From: Streptomyces virus Karimac
Lineage: Duplodnaviria > Heunggongvirae > Uroviricota > Caudoviricetes
DNA: 64,000 bases
IMG/VR virus record: IMGVR_UViG_2974575442_000001
Strand: one strand, 5' to 3'
The translations under genes and the position numbers were made by a program. The notes under the pieces were generated by a model that saw only the letters and a list, made by a program, of their open reading frames with translations, did not search any database and was not told the DNA's origin. Of the stretch, positions 19,609-28,668 are shown piece by piece. Every line of letters starts with the position of its first letter. Positions within the stretch are counted from its first letter, which is position 1.

Positions 19609-19636
19609 GTATGGGGCCTGATACACTCAGGCTATT

Positions 19637-19721
19637 GGAAGGTAAGCGATTGGTTAGCGGGCGTCTTGGAAAGGCGCTAAGGGTGTCAAAGCCCGGCAGG
19701 GTTCAATTCCCTGGCCTTCCG
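19637..19721 (+). tRNA. tRNA-Ser (anticodon GGA), class II
   Basis: Acceptor ggaaggt/gccttcc, anticodon stem gcgtc/ggcgc with loop ttGGAaa, long variable stem-loop gggtgtcaaagccc, T-arm cagggttcaattccctg. Confidence 0.7.
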
Positions 19722-19732
19722 CTGGAGGTAAA

Positions 19733-19957
19733 ATGATACTGTGTGGAACTAGAGTACGAGTAAAGCACGGCAATCCGAAGATCCTTCCTGAGTATTACGG
19801 GAAGGAAGGCACAGTTCATCTTCGCAGTAGAATGCTCAAGATGGCTGGTGCTGGTGAATATGAAATTCGATTCTTCGACAGATCACTCAACGACAAGATC
19901 TTTGGCGTTATGGGTGGATTCAATGAGAAGGATCTTGAAGTTGTCAGCGATCACTGA
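19733..19957 (+). CDS. hypothetical protein
   Basis: 74 aa ORF between tRNAs; RBS ggaggtaaa. Confidence 0.35.
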   Translation: MILCGTRVRVKHGNPKILPEYYGKEGTVHLRSRMLKMAGAGEYEIRFFDRSLNDKIFGVMGGFNEKDLEVVSDH

Positions 19958-19966
19958 CAGCTTTAT

Positions 19967-20054
19967 GGAGGCGTTAACGTTGGCAGTGTGGAAGGTCTTT
20001 GAACGGCCTACGATGTAGGGATACGTCGCGAGAGTTCGAATCTCTCCGCCTCCG
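19967..20054 (+). tRNA. tRNA-Ser (anticodon TGA), class II
   Basis: Acceptor ggaggcg/cgcctcc, anticodon stem aggtc/ggcct with loop ttTGAac, long variable arm, T-arm gagagttcgaatctctc. Confidence 0.65.
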
Positions 20055-20058
20055 CTTG

Positions 20059-20088
20059 GTCCGGTACATTATATGTGCCGGACTTTTT
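20059..20088 (+). terminator. rho-independent terminator
   Basis: 11-bp stem gtccggtacat/atgtgccggac, 3-nt loop, then TTTTT. Confidence 0.7.
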
Positions 20089-20433
20089 CATAGGAGCATT
20101 ATGCTAAGAAAAGGAAAGAAGCAGAAGGACTGCTATCACGTCAATGTGAGATCAATTCACGGAGACGAGATTATCCACAGTGGATACAAGCGGGCCTACT
20201 GCTATGACTGCGAACGATATCTACCAACATTGCCACCGAAAGGGCGAAATGGCTAAGTCAAAGAAGGAACTGGAAGCTCAGCTAAAGGCTTTCCAGAAGG
20301 AAGTTTCAAAGTATGAGGGCCTTCGAGACAAGGCACTAAAGGATGGAAACAAGAAGAAGGCGGCCGATTATGCAATGGCTGTAGCCGGACTCAAGAACTC
20401 CATCAAGGAAATCGGAACACAACTAAGGAACAT

Positions 20434-20826
20434 GTGAACGCTGTACTCATTGGCGTTCTACTGCATTTTATTGGAGACTATCTAATTCAGACGGATTGGA
20501 TGGCCCAATTGAAGACAAAGAGATGGGCACCGGCCATTCTTCATGGCGTCACCTATGGTGCTCCATTTCTTTTTGTCACGCAGTCATGGCTAGCTCTACT
20601 AGTCATCATTGGAACGCACATCGTAATTGATCATTATCGCTTGGCTCGTCATGTAGTCTGGGCAAAGAACCAATTGGCTCCGCGCGAGTTTAGATACTCC
20701 TGGGCCGAAGGCAGCAAGACAGGGTACAGAGATGACGCACCTGTGTGGCTTACCACATGGCTGATGATCATCGCTGACAACACTATTCATGTTGCCATCA
20801 ATACACTAGCCATCCTCTACCTATGA
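20434..20826 (+). CDS. membrane protein
   Basis: 130 aa, 3-4 hydrophobic helices. Confidence 0.4.
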   Translation: MNAVLIGVLLHFIGDYLIQTDWMAQLKTKRWAPAILHGVTYGAPFLFVTQSWLALLVIIGTHIVIDHYRLARHVVWAKNQLAPREFRYSWAEGSKTGYRDDAPVWLTTWLMIIADNTIHVAINTLAILYL

Positions 20827-20835
20827 GGGTGGCTT

Positions 20836-20978
20836 TTGTCATGTCACGACTGTCATGACATCGAGGTGACATGTCACGGTGACAGTGACACGTCTGTCAC
20901 GGCCTCTGTCACGCTGTCACGAATTTTGTAATGTCACGGTGTCACCTGTTGTCATCTGTCATTTTGTCATTTGTCACG
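20836..20978. repeat. iteron-like array: about 15 copies of TGTCA[CT](G) in both orientations
   Basis: tgtcatgtcacg, tgtcatgacatcg, gtgacatgtcacggtgacagtgacacgtctgtcacgg, ctgtcacgctgtcacg, tgtcacggtgtcacc, tgttgtcatctgtcattttgtcatttgtcacgg within ~140 nt. Confidence 0.7.
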
Positions 20979-21049
20979 GCGCGGCGGGCCGGTGCCGAGG
21001 GGTTACGTCTTTGCGGTTCTCCATATATCTAAGAGATGCAAGGAGGGAG

Positions 21050-21078
21050 TTGACAGAACGAAACAGACCTGTTAAGGT
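21050..21078 (+). promoter_or_regulatory. sigma70-like promoter candidate (TTGACA-17-TAAGGT) downstream of the iteron array
   Basis: Perfect -35 hexamer; weak -10; alternative TATACT at 21084. Confidence 0.35.
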
Positions 21079-21117
21079 AAATTATACTGGGAAGAGAAAA
21101 GAAAAAGAGTAACTGAA

Positions 21118-21135
21118 ATCGATACGGGTATCGAT
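21118..21135. promoter_or_regulatory. perfect palindromic operator-like site ATCGATAC-GG-GTATCGAT
   Basis: 8-2-8 inverted repeat in AT-rich leader of gene 21163. Confidence 0.5.
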
Positions 21136-21162
21136 ACAAGATATTAATATAGGATAGTATAT

Positions 21163-21417
21163 ATGAGACTGTTCGAACTACACAGAGACATCGACTCATC
21201 AGGAGTCAGCGGCACTGGCATTGTTGCTCAGGGAGTACAGTTTGACAACGGCCAGTGTGCCATGTCATGGTTGTCTCAGTGGACCTCAGTCGCCTTGTAT
21301 CCAGACATTGAAACGCTGGAAGCGATTCATGGACACAACGGCAACACTCGTGTAGTATGGCTAGAAGATGATGACGATTACTGGGCGGGCTATCAGTCAG
21401 CTCCAGTTGGATCTTAA
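21163..21417 (+). CDS. hypothetical protein
   Basis: 84 aa; first gene after the regulatory hub. Confidence 0.4.
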   Translation: MRLFELHRDIDSSGVSGTGIVAQGVQFDNGQCAMSWLSQWTSVALYPDIETLEAIHGHNGNTRVVWLEDDDDYWAGYQSAPVGS

Positions 21418-21657
21418 GGACTCAGATGTTCAACGGTTTCACGGCCTTCCTTGACACGATGAACAAGAGTATGGCACAGTGGGAAGCAGAGCAAGAGAAG
21501 ATCCGAGAAGCATTCGCTGAGGGTGTTACTGTAGAGTTTGAAGACGGTGAAGTGCGAGAGTACGGGCCGTTTGACAAGCCCTCACCTTGATGCTACTGTA
21601 GTTATAGGTGGTCAGTCGTAAGGAAGACAAATTCCGAATCGGCCCGCCACCGTTTGG

Positions 21658-21732
21658 CCTCTGGGACTGCTAGGTTGTGGTCACTGCCCTGTCAAGGCAG
21701 ACATCAGGCGGGTTCGATTCCCGTAGGGGTCG
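21658..21732 (+). tRNA. tRNA-like element with anticodon arm (GTC) and T arm but no pairing acceptor stem
   Basis: Perfect anticodon arm ctgcc-ctGTCaa-ggcag and T-arm gcgggttcgattcccgt; 5' and 3' ends cannot pair; upstream TTCCGAATCGG motif. Confidence 0.3.
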
Positions 21733-22175
21733 CTTTCAGAATAAAACGAACGAGCGAGGTTAAATGACCAAGCGAGAAGCTGCTGTTGTTGCAGTGTTTA
21801 CAGGAATCCTCATTGGTGACTTCTCAGATATGCATGAGTATATCGAGGAGCTTGCTGGCCGTCCGGTTTGGACACATGAGCTGGCGTCAGAGGAATTTGC
21901 CGCTGAGCTAAAGGAACTAGCTCGTCCCGACTTCATGGAAATTGAGGTTGTGTAATGGCGGATAAGCTATGGGAAGTCTTTGGTAATTACACCAAGGACG
22001 GTCGTAAGCAAGATTTCAATAACGTCTACTCAGCAGCAAATGCTTCACGTGCTGAGTAGAAGGCCAAGGCTGATTACACTAGCTACATTGCTGCCAAGTA
22101 TGAGAAGGGTAGCTTCGGTAAGCTTGTGATCACTAAGGTTGTTGAATACAAGTAATGGTTGCCCTGCGGGGCTAG

Positions 22176-22246
22176 CCCGGCGTAGTGTAATGGAAACACG
22201 ATACGTTGTCAGCGTATTATCGAGGGTTCGATTCCCTTCGTCGGGA
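22176..22246 (+). tRNA. tRNA-Asp (anticodon GTC)
   Basis: Acceptor cccggcg/cgtcggg, D stem gtgt/acac, anticodon stem atacg/cgtat with loop ttGTCag, T-arm gagggttcgattccctt. Confidence 0.75.
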
Positions 22247-22320
22247 CTTTTGGGTCGAATGACTATCGGTTATCTGTCTATGAAACAGACTGAAACACGG
22301 TTCGAATCCGTGGATTGCTT
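22247..22320 (+). ncRNA. Y-RNA-like / tRNA-like hybrid element upstream of Ro60 gene
   Basis: 5' TTTTGGGTCGAATGACTATCGGTTATC (Y-RNA motif), then tRNA-like anticodon hairpin (gtct-atGAAac-agac) and perfect T-arm cacggttcgaatccgtg; no pairing acceptor. Confidence 0.4.
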
Positions 22321-22369
22321 TGGCGCTAGGTTTACGGTCGATGTCAACAACTTACCCATACAATTTTAT

Positions 22370-22437
22370 ATCGGGCCGAATGGAATCGGTTATCTTACAC
22401 TGCAAATATAAGGTCGATTCCTACCAACTTGCCCGAT
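22370..22437 (+). ncRNA. Y-RNA-like ncRNA with bulged-C terminal helix
   Basis: 5' ATCGGGC[C]GAA pairs with 3' TTGCCCGAT giving the canonical Y-RNA helix with a bulged C; interior GAATGGAATCGGTTATCTTACAC...aggtcgattcct T-arm-like hairpin; ~30 nt upstream of the gene preceding Ro60. Confidence 0.55.
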
Positions 22438-22465
22438 CTTTTCATTTCTACGAAAGGATCGAAGG

Positions 22466-22801
22466 TTGGACACCGAAGCGCGCATTGCACGTTTCAAGGA
22501 GCTATGGTCTTCTGGCGATAGCTATTGGGCAGAAGACATTGTTGACGAGATTAACGAGTCTCTTGCCGAAGATGAGTTCAAGCTAAGGCATGTAGATACC
22601 ATCGAAGAGGCAGAGTCCCGGTGGATGGATCACATGCTAGACATCGTTGAGATTGACGAAGGTGTCTTTGTTGGAGTACGCTGGGAAAGCGGCAAGACAG
22701 AGATGCAAGAAAACATGTACGAAGACGATTCTGTCTATCTGCTTGAGCGAGTAGAGAAGGTCGTCACCACAATTGAGTGGAACGACGTCAAGTCTCTCTG
22801 A
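22466..22801 (+). CDS. acidic hypothetical protein, upstream partner of Ro60 gene
   Basis: 111 aa, TTG start, highly acidic; immediately upstream of the TROVE gene. Confidence 0.4.
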   Translation: MDTEARIARFKELWSSGDSYWAEDIVDEINESLAEDEFKLRHVDTIEEAESRWMDHMLDIVEIDEGVFVGVRWESGKTEMQENMYEDDSVYLLERVEKVVTTIEWNDVKSL

Positions 22802-22837
22802 AAACTAAATGCCCTTAAAGGGCCGGAAAGGAAAGAA

Positions 22838-24466
22838 ATGTCCAACGCACTAACTAATGCCGCAAAGGCAACCAACAAGACTTCTCAGTCAATGAAGGCT
22901 AAGGCTGGACAGGTTAAGAACAACGCTGGTGGATTCGTCTTCCAGGTTTCTGATCAGTCTCGTCTTGAGCGCTTCCTGATTCTGGGAACTGATGGAGGAA
23001 CGTATTACGTCTCTGAGGTTAACCACACCCAGAGCAACGTAGAATTCCTCAATGAGTTCATTGCTCGTGACGAAGCCTCTGTACTGAACACAATCGTTGA
23101 TGTATCTGTCAATGGTCGTGCGTACAAGCAGAGTCCAGCCCTGTTCGCTCTAGCCTCTGTCATTGTCAACGGCAAGGATAAGCAGGCGGTCAAGGCTGTA
23201 TTCAACAAGGTCGTAAGGACTGCTACTCACCTCTACGAGGTGGTTAACTACCTTAACGAGCTTGGCGGATGGGGTCGCGCAAAGCGTGAAATCGTAGCTA
23301 GCTGGTTCGATAAGGATGCTGATAAGCTTGCTTATCAGGCAGTCAAGTATCGTTCCCGTAAGTTCGGTGGAAACACCTGGACGCTGCGAGACGTAATGCG
23401 AAAGGCTCACCCACAGAACGTTAACACGTCTGTTGCTGATTTTGTCCTAGGCAAGGAGCACGCGGCTGTAGATGACCTTCGGGTTATTGAGGGCTTCAAG
23501 CTTATGCAGAAGGCGGAGTCTGTAGAGAGTGTTCACGCAGTTCTGCGGGACTACGAGATGCTTTCTTGGGAGACAATTCCAACACAGTTCCTCACGGATG
23601 CTAGTGTTTGGAAGCGACTCTTCGCAAATGGTCAGCTTCGTGGTCAGGCTGCTGTTCGAAACATCACTCGCCTCGCGCGTATTGGTGCTTTCAAGGACAT
23701 GCAGTTTGCTGCGAGCTTCGCTGGTCAGCTAACGAATGAGGAACTGATTCGTCAGTCTCGACTGCACCCAATTAACTTCCTTAACGCTGCCGTTGTTTAC
23801 GCAGAAGGCCAGGTGGATCGAAAGAACTACTATGGCGGACGCGTAAAGAACTGGGAGACTGAGGCCGTTATTGTCGATGCAATCGATGAGGCGTTCCACA
23901 AGTCATTCAAGACCATTGAGCCAGCCGGTAAGAGGACGATGCTAGCCATCGACTGTTCCGGATCAATGAGTGCTATGGCTATGGGTCTCGACCTAAGCTG
24001 TGCACAGGTTGCTGGTGCTATGGCGATGACCATTGCGCGTACAGAGCCAGCTCACATTCTTCGCGGCTTCTCTAGCGTGGGGTACAACTGGCGTGACAGC
24101 GGTATGACCGAACTCAAGATTACTGGTCGCAGCTCTCTTGCTCAGGCAATGAGTGCAATGCGTGCGGTAAACTGGGGCGGTACAGACTGCTCACTGCCAA
24201 TGACGTGGGCTCTTGAGAACGGTGTGGAAGTTGACACCTTTGTCGTTATCACTGATAACGAGACATGGGCTGGCAAGATTCACCCATTCCAGGCTCTAAA
24301 GAAGTACCGTAAGGACACTGGCATTGATGCCCGACTTGCTGTTCTAGGAGTTGCTTCAACGCCATTTACTATCGCTGACCCAAGTGATAGCGGAATGATG
24401 GACTTCGTTGGCTTCGATAGCAACGCTCCACGTGTTCTGGCCGACTTCTCCGCAGGTCGAATCTGA
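22838..24466 (+). CDS. rsr: Ro60-like protein (TROVE domain plus C-terminal vWA/MIDAS); Rsr orthologue
   Basis: 542 aa; C-terminal MIDAS LAIDCSGSMS...GGTDCSLPM...VVITDNETW as in Ro60 vWA domain; N-terminal region of Ro60-like length and composition; Y-RNA-like genes nearby. Confidence 0.6.
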   Translation: MSNALTNAAKATNKTSQSMKAKAGQVKNNAGGFVFQVSDQSRLERFLILGTDGGTYYVSEVNHTQSNVEFLNEFIARDEASVLNTIVDVSVNGRAYKQSPALFALASVIVNGKDKQAVKAVFNKVVRTATHLYEVVNYLNELGGWGRAKREIVASWFDKDADKLAYQAVKYRSRKFGGNTWTLRDVMRKAHPQNVNTSVADFVLGKEHAAVDDLRVIEGFKLMQKAESVESVHAVLRDYEMLSWETIPTQFLTDASVWKRLFANGQLRGQAAVRNITRLARIGAFKDMQFAASFAGQLTNEELIRQSRLHPINFLNAAVVYAEGQVDRKNYYGGRVKNWETEAVIVDAIDEAFHKSFKTIEPAGKRTMLAIDCSGSMSAMAMGLDLSCAQVAGAMAMTIARTEPAHILRGFSSVGYNWRDSGMTELKITGRSSLAQAMSAMRAVNWGGTDCSLPMTWALENGVEVDTFVVITDNETWAGKIHPFQALKKYRKDTGIDARLAVLGVASTPFTIADPSDSGMMDFVGFDSNAPRVLADFSAGRI

Positions 24467-25418
24467 GCAAGGACCCCTCTCCTGAGGGGTTTTTTGCTAT
24501 ACTGGATAGATGATAAGTAAAGAAGAACGACAAGAACTAAAGCTTGCAAGATCAAAGGCAGAACTTGTAAGAACCGTAGCGAGCATGTTTCAGATGATTA
24601 TCTCTTCTGCCACTCTAGTGATTCTGGTGTATGTGAACTTCTTACGTTGACAAGCTGCTGCGGATGCGATAGCTTAGAGACATGAACGAGGACGAGCCAG
24701 GAGTAACACTCTCCAGCCTGTTCCGCATGATCTTTAGAAGGTCTACTAAGGAACGCCCGGCGATAGAAGAGTCTACTTGTGGTCATTGTAAGACTAAGTA
24801 CAATGTCAACGTAGGGCATATGTGTCCCTATATCAAAGAACTCTACTCCAAACTGGGGGAAAAGTGAGTTACGAAACTCGCACCTATCGATTCACCGGTT
24901 CAATGAAGCTTGCCGACGAGATCGTTATGCTTGCGATCAAGTACGGTCTTCGAGTGAGCAAGCGTACAAACAGCGGACTCATTAAGAAGTCTCATTTCCT
25001 TGAGATTTTTGGTGACACTCCTGCTTTTGGTCGGTTTGAATCAGCGAAGGACAGCACTCAGCGGAGGCTTAAGTGACATTTGAACAGAGCTTCAAGAAGG
25101 CATTCAAGGAAACTCGAAAGATTGGCATTACTGCTAAGATGCAGGTTCAGGAGTGTTGCCGAGGATGCATCAACAAGGAAAAGCTGGGCATGAATTCTGA
25201 TTCAGATCCATATGTTTACACATATGCTGGTCAGGGTTCACGACTTCGGTTTGATGGAGACTCAGTTGTTTATGCAGACAGCCGATCTCCTGTGCCTCAC
25301 ATCTATGTTTACCACGGAAATGGCGGCGGCGAGAAGTTCGCAGATGTTGCCAAGTCACTTGGTCTTGATGTAGAGTGGGATGGAAGCCAGTGGTCAGCTA
25401 TCGTAGTAAAGGTACCCA

Positions 25419-25736
25419 ATGAAAGAATGTCCAATCTGCGGTAAAGACAAAGAGCTTGATGAGTTTGGAAGGCAGATCACAAATCCTTCCAAGTTCTACA
25501 AGTGGTGCCGAGACTGTAGGCTATCGATGGCCAGACGGAAGAAAAACAACTTTGACGAGGGTCGTGCACTCAGATCAAAGACTGTTCAGCTTAGAAGGCT
25601 GACTGACGCTCAAGTAACTGAGGTCCGCCTTCTGGCAGAATGGAATACTCCGTACACCGAGATTGCTCAACAGTATGGCGTCTCCGCAACTACAATTTCA
25701 AAGGTCGTAAACAGAGGATATGCAAACGTTTACTGA
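25419..25736 (+). CDS. zinc-ribbon plus HTH protein
   Basis: CPICGKD...CRDCR zinc ribbon and HTH-like YTEIAQQYGVSATTISKVV. Confidence 0.4.
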   Translation: MKECPICGKDKELDEFGRQITNPSKFYKWCRDCRLSMARRKKNNFDEGRALRSKTVQLRRLTDAQVTEVRLLAEWNTPYTEIAQQYGVSATTISKVVNRGYANVY

Positions 25737-25959
25737 CATGACTGGTCGCTCACTCAATGTGGGCGATAAAGTCATTTTTGCGAGGCCACAAGGTGGTAAC
25801 TCCAAAGGCGGCTTCCTAGACTCAGGAGTCATCACTAAGATCAATCCAGAGACTAATTACGTTTCCATTCGGGTTGACAAGGAGCCTGAGAACAAGTACG
25901 CTAAAAGAACAGTTGGTACTCCGTACCACATGAAAAAGTTCTATAAGCTGGAGGACTGA
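25720..25959 (+). CDS. small KOW/SH3-like protein
   Basis: SLNVGDKVIFARPQGGNSKGGFLDSGVITKI family pattern. Confidence 0.35.
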   Translation: MQTFTDMTGRSLNVGDKVIFARPQGGNSKGGFLDSGVITKINPETNYVSIRVDKEPENKYAKRTVGTPYHMKKFYKLED

Positions 25960-26347
25960 TGTCTAATAGCTGGTTTCATGCCGTTAGTAGTTCCCGAAAG
26001 TGGGGCGGCAAGCCAGAAGACTACCTAGCTATCCATGAGTGGATTGATGGATCAAAGGCTCATTTCGGTGACGCTCGTCACCGCGCCTTGCGTCATCACA
26101 CCGAAGGATGCTGGGAGGCTGAACGAGTCTTCGGACCGACTCTCACGGTAATGAAGAAAAACGGTATGGGTTCCCATCAGGTTCCTGTTAGAGAAATTGC
26201 AGAGCAGCACGTTTTCGAGGATCTAGGGCGAATTCCTAGTCTCGCTGACTGGCTTGAGTGCATGACTCTCAAGACTTGGATGGGTGGAAAGATCAAGAAA
26301 TTCCTAGGACGCGAGGACGTTCTAAACAACGTTGTTAAGGATGCTAA

Positions 26348-26887
26348 GTGACAGACAGAACAGATAAGTTCACAGGACGCCCGGTGACAGGTGATCGTCC
26401 TGAAAATACCTCTATGGTAGAGCAAGCCAATACACAGCTCTTTATTGATGCAATGGATGAACTACTTGCGCATCCTCTCGTAAAGGCTGTACGATGGACG
26501 CAGTACACCCCAGGATTCAATGATGGTGAGCCATGTACCTTTGATGGCCATACACCAGAAGTCTGCCTAACTGGCCTTGAACTAGGCGAAGAAGGCATTG
26601 AGACCGAACGTGATCACTATGAAGATGGTGATGAAGTCTGGCTAGGCGAGTATGACATGTATGAGTATCCTCGCAAGGAAAACGGTCAGATCGACTGGGA
26701 CCAGCCTAAGATCTACAAGGTTGGTGGGGTTGACACAACTGAGATCAATGAGCTACTATCAAAGTTCGCAGGGTGTGTTGAAGGTGGTCGTCACGATGTC
26801 TGGATGAACAGGACATTTGGTGATCCGGCAGAAGTCATTGCCACACCAGAGGGCTTTGAGGTAAGCTTCTACGACTGCGGTTACTGA
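26348..26887 (+). CDS. hypothetical protein
   Basis: 179 aa acidic protein; overlapping start/stop with neighbours. Confidence 0.35.
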   Translation: MTDRTDKFTGRPVTGDRPENTSMVEQANTQLFIDAMDELLAHPLVKAVRWTQYTPGFNDGEPCTFDGHTPEVCLTGLELGEEGIETERDHYEDGDEVWLGEYDMYEYPRKENGQIDWDQPKIYKVGGVDTTEINELLSKFAGCVEGGRHDVWMNRTFGDPAEVIATPEGFEVSFYDCGY

Positions 26888-27409
26888 GGAGTTACATGCC
26901 AATTGACAAGATCGACGCTGAACGTATCCTGGATGTTCTAACCAGTCATGTTGACGGAGACTGGAACGATGGTCTAGAGTGTTACGTAAGCGCAAGCCAC
27001 GATGGTGAAACCTTGAAGGTCACTGTTACTGACGACGAAGAGAAGAAGAAGATCTTCTACCTCACAGTCGAAAGCGACTAAGCCTCTTTCATAATCATTA
27101 GTCATATATAATGGCTAATGAAAGAGAGGTGAATCATGGCTTACTACCAGATTTCTCAGTTCTACTACAACTCAGAGACCAACAACATCATTGTGCAGTT
27201 TGCTCTAGTTGGAGATCCGCCAGAGTACGAAACAACTGCTGGAGACCTTCCATATGATGTTTACGAGGCAGAAATCTTCCTTGATGCTGGTCAGAACAAG
27301 GTGGGACAGTACATTCCGGGTTCAGCAGATGGTACGATCACTCCGCAGACTCTAGGTCGCGACATTGGTCAGTCTCCATCAGAGATCCCAGATACTCCAC
27401 TACCTTGAG

Positions 27410-27438
27410 TTGACAGAGCTTGAGGACTACGATAGACT
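27410..27438 (+). promoter_or_regulatory. promoter TTGACA-17-TAGACT
   Basis: Consensus -35 and TAGACT -10 with 17-nt spacer, 45 nt upstream of tRNA-Glu. Confidence 0.6.
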
Positions 27439-27482
27439 AGCTATACAGCGCAGGACGGAGCGCAGCAACTAAATCCGTTCAC

Positions 27483-27558
27483 GCCCCGGTAGGATAGTCC
27501 GGTCCAATCCGCCAGACTCTCAATCTGGAGAACACGGGTTCAAATCCCGTTCGGGGTA
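27483..27558 (+). tRNA. tRNA-Glu (anticodon CTC)
   Basis: Acceptor gccccgg/tcggggt, D stem ggat/atcc, anticodon stem ccaga/tctgg with loop ctCTCaa, T-arm acgggttcaaatcccgt. Confidence 0.75.
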
Positions 27559-27559
27559 C

Positions 27560-27808
27560 GTGCCAGCAAAGATACCAACCCAAATAGAAGCAAGAATAGT
27601 AGTGGCTATACTCTGTGGAGTCATCGGCGCACTACTCTCAAGCTTCCTCTTAATGGGTTGCATCGCTGAGGGCAATGAAACAAGCAAGATGAAAGCTTGT
27701 GTAAGCAAGGAAATGGAGTGGGTGAACGCGCCCGGTGGCCCGGAGTGCAGAAAGCCACTTGACAGAACAGTAGAACCAAGCTACAGTAGTACAAGTAAGC
27801 CAGAGTGA
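27560..27808 (+). CDS. small membrane/secreted protein
   Basis: 82 aa, N-terminal hydrophobic helix, GTG start directly after the tRNA. Confidence 0.35.
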   Translation: MPAKIPTQIEARIVVAILCGVIGALLSSFLLMGCIAEGNETSKMKACVSKEMEWVNAPGGPECRKPLDRTVEPSYSSTSKPE

Positions 27809-27812
27809 ACAT

Positions 27813-27887
27813 GCCCCGTTGGTCTAGTGGTTTAGGATACCGGACTTTCAATCCGTGTGAACGTCGGTTCGAATCCGACACGGGGTA
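27813..27887 (+). tRNA. tRNA-Glu (anticodon TTC)
   Basis: Acceptor gccccgt/acggggt, anticodon loop ctTTCaa, T-arm gtcggttcgaatccgac. Confidence 0.65.
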
Positions 27888-27945
27888 CGTGGGCCGTGAC
27901 GCAACAAACTCATTTAGAGAAAATCCTATGACGTACGCATAGGAA

Positions 27946-28018
27946 CACGGCTTATGCGGGTGTCGTCTAGCGGCAAAGGCTCCTGCCTTACAAGCAGGTA
28001 ATCGGAGGTTCGAGTCCT
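27946..28018 (+). tRNA. tRNA-Val (anticodon TAC)
   Basis: Acceptor gcgggtg/cacccgt, anticodon stem cctgc/gcagg with loop ctTACaa, T-arm ggaggttcgagtcctct. Confidence 0.7.
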
Positions 28019-28089
28019 CTCACCCGTACGTAATCTATCTGAATAGCACTTAGTAGATACGTCTACGCAATAGGTGCTATTCAATCTAT

Positions 28090-28167
28090 GGGTCTGACAG
28101 GTGTGACGTTACTGAAAGCCGACAATGGAACGGTAACGGATAGTGGGTTCGACTCCCACCAGATCCA
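28090..28167 (+). ncRNA. Y-RNA-like / tRNA-like element (GGGTCTGACAGG 5' motif)
   Basis: 5' GGGTCTGA pairs with 3' CAGATCC; perfect T-arm gtgggttcgactcccac; no canonical anticodon or D arms. Confidence 0.35.
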
Positions 28168-28187
28168 CTTGATGATAATTCATCTAT

Positions 28188-28261
28188 GCGCTCGTAGCCC
28201 AACGGCAGGAGGCACAAGGCTTAGACCCTTGGTAGTGTCGGTTCGAATCCGACCGGGCGTA
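28188..28261 (+). tRNA. class-I tRNA with Leu anticodon TAG (short variable arm, A73)
   Basis: Acceptor gcgctcg/cgggcgt, perfect anticodon stem caagg/ccttg with loop ctTAGac, 5-nt variable region, T-arm gtcggttcgaatccgac. Confidence 0.55.
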
Positions 28262-28273
28262 CGCATAATTGAT

Positions 28274-28354
28274 GGGCTCGTGGTGGAATGGTATACACGC
28301 TAGTCTTAGGAACTAGTGCCGAAAGGATTGTGAGTTCGAGTCTCACCGGGCCTA
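28274..28354 (+). tRNA. tRNA-Leu (anticodon TAG), class II
   Basis: Acceptor gggctcg/cgggcct, anticodon stem ctagt/actag with loop ctTAGga (G37), 13-nt variable arm, T-arm gtgagttcgagtctcac. Confidence 0.7.
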
Positions 28355-28408
28355 CTTTGAGAATACTCGCGATATTCTCAAATGCATATCAGGTCGCTCC
28401 TGATATGA

Positions 28409-28528
28409 GGAGTGTAGTTTAATTGGCAAAACCGCGAAATGCAATGTCGAAAGGGAAGTGCTGCTACGGCGGGTCTTACCTTAGTAGATATCAGAGTAGC
28501 AGTTGCGGGTTCGAGTCCCGTCACTCCG
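28409..28528 (+). ncRNA. unresolved ~120-nt tRNA-like RNA (acceptor-like stem ggagtg/cactcc plus T arm)
   Basis: T-arm gcgggttcgagtcccgt and terminal 6-bp stem enclose ~107 nt including 8-bp stem gctgctac/gtagcagt; too long for a tRNA and too short for tmRNA. Confidence 0.25.
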
Positions 28529-28668
28529 CTAGCCTGAGATGACGATCCGATGTAGGTCCCCTAGGGCTTGCGCAGGCCCGAAGGGCATTCGGGAAAGGTG
28601 CCTAGCTAGGTCCGTCTACCAATAAGGTGAGAGTTTTTCACGGCTTTTCTCATAATTAAACCGTGTTT

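Noticed and set aside
20879-21112. 77-aa ORF inside the TGTCAY repeat array
   Set aside because: Low-complexity product (VTV/CH repeats) generated by the DNA repeat; no RBS.
21658-21732. Calling this a second canonical tRNA-Asp(GTC)
   Set aside because: Anticodon and T arms are perfect but no 7-bp acceptor stem can be formed from any upstream sequence within 100 nt. Kept as a tRNA-like element.
28409-28528. Second tmRNA candidate (T arm plus acceptor-like stem enclosing 107 nt)
   Set aside because: Far too short for tmRNA and no tag reading frame. Left as an unresolved tRNA-like RNA.
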